Of a stretch of DNA of 64,000 bases, positions 58,169 to 64,000 are shown in pieces. This DNA comes from an uncultured delta proteobacterium (GTDB lineage: Bacteria > Myxococcota_A > Polyangia > Polyangiales > JAFGIB01). A model generated the notes under the pieces. That model was not told where the DNA came from. It did not search any database and worked only from the letters and a program-made list of their open reading frames with translations. Position 1 is the stretch's first letter, and the number at the start of each line of letters is the position of its first letter. The translations under genes were made by a program, and so were the position numbers. The stretch covers positions 1,280,001 to 1,344,000 of the forward strand of contig CAVZVA010000010.1 in assembly GCA_963778655.1 (NCBI GenBank), written 5' to 3'.

Positions 58169-59110
58169 TCAACGCGCGCTGCTCGCCAGCAGCGCCCACA
58201 GCGCGTCCAGGCTCGGCGGCAGCGGCAGCGGCAGGGCGAGCCCCTCGCGCGCGAGCTGCACCGCGTCGGCGCGATCGGTCCACAGCGGCCACAGCCGCGC
58301 GCTGCGGTGGTGTGGGTCGGCGACGAAGCCCAGCAGCTGGTCGGAGGCGTGGCCGAGCGCGAGCAACAGCCGCGGGTCCGGCTCTTCGATCCATACGAAG
58401 GACGGTGCGTGGTGCGCCCAGCCCAGACAGCGCCGCGTCAAATCGAGCCAGGCGATCAGGTCGACGTCGTTGGTGATTGGACAATCGAGCACGGTCGGCG
58501 CGGACGCGGCAGGCGCGCCGCGCACGGCGGAGGTGGCGGTACGCAGCGTGTACAGGCCGTAGAGGTGGCCTTCCTGCGGGCTCTGCGCGAACACGCGTGC
58601 GAACATCGCGTCGGGAGCGGTCTGCGCCAGCACTTCGGCGCAGCGCTGCACGGCCAGACCGAGCGGCGCGGAGGGCACCTGCTCGAGCTCGGCCGCCTGC
58701 ACGCGCAGCGCCTGCAGCGACAGCCCTGGCAACGCCGCAAGCAGCTCCTCGGCGCGTGCCAGGAACGCGCCGTGCGCCAGCGCGATCGCCTGCAGCGCCT
58801 GCGCCGCCGAGTCGAGCGCGAGCCAGGTGTAGATCGCCAGCGGAAACGAGCGCCCCACCTGGTCCTGGCTCTTGCGCATCACGCCCACCGCCACCGCCTC
58901 GCAGCCCGGCGCGCTGAACACGAAACGCACACACGCGTCCGGCAGCTCCTGCTTGACCAGGTGCAGGCTCTGCACGCTCTTGACCAGCCACTGATCGAGC
59001 TCTTGCCCGATGCGCTCCGCGATCGGCTGTCGTACGAAGTCGGGCTGCTCGGGCAGCTTGCCCAGGAAGCCCACGCGTCGTTGCCCGTTGCCAGCTTGCT
59101 CCGACATCAC
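58169..59110 (-). CDS. tagF: T6SS regulator TagF
   Basis: GFLGKLP..PDFV, SQDQVGRSFPL; directly downstream of tssM. Confidence 0.88.
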   Translation of the reverse strand: MMSEQAGNGQRRVGFLGKLPEQPDFVRQPIAERIGQELDQWLVKSVQSLHLVKQELPDACVRFVFSAPGCEAVAVGVMRKSQDQVGRSFPLAIYTWLALDSAAQALQAIALAHGAFLARAEELLAALPGLSLQALRVQAAELEQVPSAPLGLAVQRCAEVLAQTAPDAMFARVFAQSPQEGHLYGLYTLRTATSAVRGAPAASAPTVLDCPITNDVDLIAWLDLTRRCLGWAHHAPSFVWIEEPDPRLLLALGHASDQLLGFVADPHHRSARLWPLWTDRADAVQLAREGLALPLPLPPSLDALWALLASSAR

Positions 59111-59114
59111 ACCT

Positions 59115-62100
59115 TCACTTCCCCGCCTGGCACGGCTTACCGGTGCGCAGGATCTGCCGCGGCGCGGCTGCGCCCTTGGCGCGCACCGGCTGCAGGAACA
59201 GGGCCTGGTCGCTGTGGCCGGGAACGCCGAAGAAAGGAGATTCGCCCCGTTTGGGCCGGAAGTCGACCCGCAACGTGACGTCGTGGGTCTCGAGCTTCCA
59301 GGCCACTGTGAAGGTGCGGCCCGCGCCCGGCAGCAGGGTGCCAGCTTCGAGCAGGCGAAACAGACCCCAGGCGCCGTCCTGCGAGATGCGCTCGTGCATA
59401 CCGTTGGCGCCGCGGATCACGATCTGCGCGCCGGCTTGGGGGTTCTGGCCGGGCCACGTCAGCGTCTTCCACTTTTCGGGGCCGTTGTAGTGCTCGACGC
59501 TCTGCCCGCCGACCGTGAACTGGGTGCTGGCCACCTCCGGGCTCGGCTCCACCTTGAGCTCGAATTCGATGCTGGGGTCGGCCGCGCCGCTGGGATAGAA
59601 CGACACCGTCACGTCGCGCGAGCGGTTGAGGAACTCGAGCAGGCTCGATAGGTAGACCGAGCCGGCGTCCTGACCGAGCTTCTGCGAGTAGGCGTAGCGG
59701 TCGCCGTCGAGCGCGACCGTGTTGCCGAGCACCGCGTCCACGAACTTCCACACGCGGCCGTCCTTGGGCTGGTAGAAGTTCTTGAAGTCGGTCAGCGCGG
59801 CGTCCTGGCCATCGCGGTTGAAGGGGTAGCGCCCGAGCAGCGTGCGCTCGTAGCTGGCGACCACGTCGTTGCACCAGGATGCGGCCGTGCCGCTCGCGAT
59901 CGCGATCGTGCTGCTGCTCGCCGCGCTCTCGATCGGCGGCCACAGCAGCGCCTCGAACAGCGGTCGCCAGCCGACCTGCTGCTGGTCGATGATCGCGCGC
60001 ACCTTGACCCGCGCTTCCTGCAGGTGCTTCTGCAGCTGCTCGGTCTGTTGCGGATCGTCGAGATACATCTGCAGCGCGTCGCGCACGAACGCGAGCTGCT
60101 CCTGGTAGACGTCGAAGGGGACGGCCGCGCGCGGCCCGCCGTCGCCGCTGTCGGGCGGGACGGCAAAGACGGTGAGGCCCTCGAACGCCTTGGCCACGTC
60201 GGCCTCGGCCAGCATGCCCTGGCCGCCGGACGCGATGTGCTTGCCGATCTCCTTGTTGGCCTTGGCCGCGTTCTCGGCGCCGAGCAGGCCCTCGAGCTTG
60301 TTCTTGAGCTTGTCCACTGCGCCCTCGGCTGCCTGTTTGGCCAGGCTTTCGGGGCTCACCTTGGGCTTGAGGGCGACGTTGTAGGCGACTTTCTGGATCA
60401 GCAGCGAGACCGGCGGCGGCGAGCCGCGCGACAGCTCGCGCAACAGGGCGAGCGCGGCGGTGTGGTCCGCCGGCGCGTCGATGCGGATGCTGCGCAGGAA
60501 GCTCTGCCACTCCTCGATATAGCCGTGGAAATAGGCGTTGCGCAGCTGCTCGAGCTGAAGGTCGCGCTGCTGCTTGACCGCCTCGCCGGTGTTGGCCAGG
60601 CCCAGCACCCACAGCTCGCCGGCGTCGTCGAGGATGTCGGTGGTCAGCCGGTCGCGCACCACGTTCTCGAAGCCACGCCGGGTGAACGCGCCGCGCACGC
60701 GGCCGTCGCCGCGCAATGCCCCGTTCATGCCGATCAGGCGCTCGAGCGTGAGCCCGTAGCCCTCGGGCTCGGCCAGCGCGATCAGGCGCGCCAGCGCCCG
60801 CGCCGTGGCCGGTACGCGGTTGAGCGCCTCGCGCACGCGCTGCACCACCTCCTTGTCGCGCGGGAACGCCAGATCGGGAAACTCGCGCATGAAGCCGACG
60901 TAGAGCTCGGCGTTGGTGCGCGCAGCCTCGAGCAGTGCCGGGTCCTTACCCGCCGCGCGCGAGAAACGCAGCACCAGCTGCTGCTTGACCCAGTCCTGTT
61001 GGGCCTTGTCGAACGCAGGCTCGCCGTTGCTCTTGGGCCGGGTGAGCACCAGGTGCAGCCGCAGCACGGGATAGACCAGCTCGTGCTCCTCTTCGGTGGG
61101 CTGCGCCCGCGGCAGCGAAACGTAGTGGAAGCCGAAGTCGGTCATCGCCTCGACGTCGCGCGCGATCGCGGGCTGCACCAGCTCGCGGCGCAGCAGGTTC
61201 GCGTAGTAGCGCCGCATCGGCGCCACCAGCTCGCCGGTCTGGTACATGCCCATGCGCATCGACAGCGGCGGGCCGTTCTTCTCGTAGCCGATCAGCGCGT
61301 TGACCTGCTTGCGCAGCGGCTCCAGCCGTTCGAGCTTGTGCTTGTCGTCCCACTTCTTCTGGTCGGCGCCCTCCCACTCGTCGACCGCCGACTGCAGCCG
61401 CACCAGCGCGAGCTTGTTGAGCGACCAGGCGTAGCTGGGAACGCCGCCAAAGGTGAGCGAGCAAGCGCCCAGCACGATCGTCACCACCAGCCGCCGCAGG
61501 CGCTGGCGCCGCAGCTCTGCCTCGCTGGCCGAGGCCACGTCGCGGTCGGGGAAGATCACGTTGAGGAAGACGTCGTGCAGGAAGTAGCTCTTCTGGTCGA
61601 CTACCGCTTCGACCGGCTCGACCTTGCGGCGAATGCCCATCGACTCGGCCAGCCGGTTCATCAGCAGGTTGAACGGCCGTCCCTCCTGGGTGCCGCTGGT
61701 GAAGTAGACCCCGCGCAGCGAAGGCGTCTGCTGGTAGACGTTCTCCTGGAACATCACCGCGACGAAGCGGCTGAGGTTGCGGCGCAGCACGCTGAACTGC
61801 TGCGGAAAGGCGTAGATCTTCGAACGCCGGTCGAGGCTGCGCTCGTGCTCGTCGGCCATGCGCGCCAGCGAGCGGCGTTCCAGCACGTCGGCGAGCTCGT
61901 CGAAGCGCTCGCCGAAGAACGCGCCGGCGTCGCCGATCGGCTTGGCCAGCTCCGCGGTGAAGCCCCACACCTGTTGGCGCTCGCTGCGCTTGAGCCCGCC
62001 GAAGGTCTCGAGGAAGCCCTCGACCAGGTCGCACTTGGTGAACAGCACGTAGACCGGCACCGACACCCGCAGGTGCGCTTGCACCTCGTCGAGGCGCTCG

Positions 62101-62795
62101 CGCATGCGCAGCGCCATCGCCTCGACCTCGTCCTCGTGCGCGTTGACCACGTCGCCCACGCTGATCGCGGTGATCAGCCCGTTGAGCGGCTTCTTCGGCC
62201 GGTACTTGGCGATCAGGCCGAGAAACGACAGCCACTCGTCGTGATCCTCTTCCTGGGTGGCCCAACGGCCCGCAGTGTCGAGCACCACCGCCTCGTTGGT
62301 CAGCCACCAGTCGCAGTTGCGCGTGCCGCCGAGCCCCTTGACCGCGGCCGCGCCTCCGCGCGAGGTGTAGGGGAAGTTCAGCCCCGAGTTGCGCAGCGCG
62401 GTGCTTTTGCCCGCGCCCGGCGGGCCGATGATCGAGTACCAGGGCAGCAAGTACAGCGCGTCGCGGCCGCCGGCGCCGAGCTTACTGCTCTTGAGCGCCA
62501 GCACCGCCTTGTCGAACTCCTCCTGCATGCGCTGGACCTCGAGCTGCAGGTCCGGGCGCACCACGCGCGACTGCTCCTTGGCCTGCGCGGCCAGCGCCTT
62601 CTCCAGGCCGCGCGCCGCGCGCTGCGCGCGCAGCCGCCGCCACACCAGCACGCCCACGCCCGAGAGCACCAGCAGCGCGGTCAGTGCGAACGGCGCCCAC
62701 AGCGTGACCTTGAGCAGGATCGCGACCAGCCAGCACAGTGCCACGAACAGCACCGTGAGCATGACGAGCGCGGCGACGAGGAGCTTGACGAGCAT
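59115..62795 (-). CDS. tssM: T6SS membrane complex protein TssM/IcmF
   Basis: LPWYSIIGPPGAGKST, GTRNCDWW, LDTAGR, PVYVLFTKCDL, LRGVYFTSGTQEG, GRYPF, GAWGLFRL. Confidence 0.97.
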   Translation of the reverse strand: MLVKLLVAALVMLTVLFVALCWLVAILLKVTLWAPFALTALLVLSGVGVLVWRRLRAQRAARGLEKALAAQAKEQSRVVRPDLQLEVQRMQEEFDKAVLALKSSKLGAGGRDALYLLPWYSIIGPPGAGKSTALRNSGLNFPYTSRGGAAAVKGLGGTRNCDWWLTNEAVVLDTAGRWATQEEDHDEWLSFLGLIAKYRPKKPLNGLITAISVGDVVNAHEDEVEAMALRMRERLDEVQAHLRVSVPVYVLFTKCDLVEGFLETFGGLKRSERQQVWGFTAELAKPIGDAGAFFGERFDELADVLERRSLARMADEHERSLDRRSKIYAFPQQFSVLRRNLSRFVAVMFQENVYQQTPSLRGVYFTSGTQEGRPFNLLMNRLAESMGIRRKVEPVEAVVDQKSYFLHDVFLNVIFPDRDVASASEAELRRQRLRRLVVTIVLGACSLTFGGVPSYAWSLNKLALVRLQSAVDEWEGADQKKWDDKHKLERLEPLRKQVNALIGYEKNGPPLSMRMGMYQTGELVAPMRRYYANLLRRELVQPAIARDVEAMTDFGFHYVSLPRAQPTEEEHELVYPVLRLHLVLTRPKSNGEPAFDKAQQDWVKQQLVLRFSRAAGKDPALLEAARTNAELYVGFMREFPDLAFPRDKEVVQRVREALNRVPATARALARLIALAEPEGYGLTLERLIGMNGALRGDGRVRGAFTRRGFENVVRDRLTTDILDDAGELWVLGLANTGEAVKQQRDLQLEQLRNAYFHGYIEEWQSFLRSIRIDAPADHTAALALLRELSRGSPPPVSLLIQKVAYNVALKPKVSPESLAKQAAEGAVDKLKNKLEGLLGAENAAKANKEIGKHIASGGQGMLAEADVAKAFEGLTVFAVPPDSGDGGPRAAVPFDVYQEQLAFVRDALQMYLDDPQQTEQLQKHLQEARVKVRAIIDQQQVGWRPLFEALLWPPIESAASSSTIAIASGTAASWCNDVVASYERTLLGRYPFNRDGQDAALTDFKNFYQPKDGRVWKFVDAVLGNTVALDGDRYAYSQKLGQDAGSVYLSSLLEFLNRSRDVTVSFYPSGAADPSIEFELKVEPSPEVASTQFTVGGQSVEHYNGPEKWKTLTWPGQNPQAGAQIVIRGANGMHERISQDGAWGLFRLLEAGTLLPGAGRTFTVAWKLETHDVTLRVDFRPKRGESPFFGVPGHSDQALFLQPVRAKGAAAPRQILRTGKPCQAGK

Positions 62796-62806
62796 CGGTC
62801 GCTAAC

Positions 62807-63490
62807 TCAGCTCCCGGTGAGCGCGGTTACGCGCTCCACCAGGCGTCCGGCCTGGTCGACCAGGCTGAGCTTCAGCCACATATAGAGCAGCACCGAAGCC
62901 ACCGCGGCGACCACCGAGAGCCACACCAGCAGCATGTTGCGGCGCGCGTCGACGATCGCCTCGTACGGGCGCGGCCCGTGCGGCGACAGCCCCAGCTCCT
63001 CGGGGATGACCTTGGCGCGCACCAGGTCTTCGCGCACGCGCTCGATGATGTCGGCCAGCTCGATCTGGCCGCCGCGCACGCGGTATTGCCCATGGAAGCC
63101 GAACAGCAGGCACAGGTAGTACACGCGCAGGGTGTCGACGCGCGTCGGGTCGCGCCGCACGCTCTCCAGGCGGTGGAAGAACGCCTGGCCCGCCACGTTC
63201 TCGCCGAAGTAGCGCAGCTGCAACAACCGCGGCAGCCAGAACTCGGCCAGCGCGCCGCCGCGCTGCAGCACGGTCTCATCGGTCAGCGCGACCAGCGCGT
63301 AGCGCATGTCCTCGACGTCCTGCTGCGACAGGCCCATGCGCGTGGCGGCGCGCAGCCCCTGGTCGATGTAGGTCGAGAGCTGCTGGTGAATCACCTCCGG
63401 CATCGGGGTGGAGTCAGGGTCCATGCGCTGGATCTGGGCCAGCGCGTTGAACACGGCTTCGGTGGCTTCGGTGACGCGATCCATCGGCAA
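62807..63490 (-). CDS. tssL: T6SS TssL/DotU, no OmpA extension
   Basis: RYALVALTDE, LQLRYFGENVAGQAFF, YYLCLLFGFHGQY; C-terminal TM. Confidence 0.95.
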   Translation of the reverse strand: MPMDRVTEATEAVFNALAQIQRMDPDSTPMPEVIHQQLSTYIDQGLRAATRMGLSQQDVEDMRYALVALTDETVLQRGGALAEFWLPRLLQLRYFGENVAGQAFFHRLESVRRDPTRVDTLRVYYLCLLFGFHGQYRVRGGQIELADIIERVREDLVRAKVIPEELGLSPHGPRPYEAIVDARRNMLLVWLSVVAAVASVLLYMWLKLSLVDQAGRLVERVTALTGS

Positions 63491-63502
63491 CGCCGCCCGG
63501 GC

Positions 63503-64000
63503 TCAGGCGCCCTCTCTGCGCGAGCGCGCGGGCACGCCCATCAGCGCGATCGTGGTTTTGGCCGGGTCGAACAGTGGCGGCAGGTAGACCGCGATGTTCT
63601 TCTCCAGCTTGATGTTGCGAAAGTAGGCGTTCTCGGTGGCGACCGCGAAGTACACCAGGCCCGCCTTCACCGGGATCTCCGGCGGCGGGCGATAGGTGAC
63701 CTCGACCGGCGCGCCCGGGGTGGCCGCCGAGAGGATGCCCTGGATCTCGGCCAGCGACGCGATCTTGCACAGGCGCGGCACCTGCGTGGCGGTGGGCTGC
63801 TCGGGCAGGTCGGTCTTGATCGCGAGCAGGAAGCGATCGCAGGCCCACACCCGCTCCTCCTGCAGCGTCGCCACGTACATGCCATTGGGCCGGCCCTCGA
63901 GCGGCACCGATACGTAGTGCTCCTCGATCGTCGACTGTAGCAGCGCGGTCAGGCGCGCCAGCAGCGTCTCGAAGGTCGAGCGCAGGTCGGTGTACACGAA
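63503..64000 (-). CDS. tssK: T6SS baseplate TssK, C-terminal part (5' end outside the window)
   Basis: KIAS, PGAPV...PPPEIPVKAGLVYF, IAVYLP; directly upstream of tssL. Confidence 0.9.
   Translation of the reverse strand, partial: FVYTDLRSTFETLLARLTALLQSTIEEHYVSVPLEGRPNGMYVATLQEERVWACDRFLLAIKTDLPEQPTATQVPRLCKIASLAEIQGILSAATPGAPVEVTYRPPPEIPVKAGLVYFAVATENAYFRNIKLEKNIAVYLPPLFDPAKTTIALMGVPARSRREGA

Overview
Very GC-rich bacterial DNA. The gene content (Cys-rich and Gly-rich lipoproteins, vWA lipoprotein, Hanks kinase, TIGR02270/DUF2169/thiolase-like block) suggests Myxococcota, probably Polyangia; this is inference. The window is dominated by a fragmented minus-strand type VI secretion system (T6SS). 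tssK(partial)-tssL-tssM-tagF lie at 58.2-64 kb, followed by about 21.6 kb of unrelated cargo. Next come tssA (duplicated ImpA_N domain)-tssB-tssC and a Ser/Thr kinase. Then a tightly packed ~15 kb spike operon: two paralogous Cys-rich lipoproteins, an outer-membrane beta-barrel, TIGR02270-like HEAT protein, DUF2169, thiolase-like protein, three tandem vgrG genes and a DUF6484-like gene, followed by a toxin-less DUF4150 PAAR. No hcp, tssE/F/G/H/J was seen in the window. The cargo holds a candidate effector/immunity island (OmpA/PG-binding protein, two His/Cys putative peptidase-fold proteins, two lipoproteins), a SWIM-SNF2 helicase and an exported ADP-ribosylglycohydrolase. The left arm has a histidine kinase, prpE, a vWA lipoprotein, a degenerate vapBC, upp, a Kelch/GMC oxidoreductase cluster, and CAP and CBS proteins. 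A ~200-bp structured non-coding element occurs twice (7.4 and 40.2 kb). Several genes are decayed. All calls come from motif recognition by eye; no searches were run.
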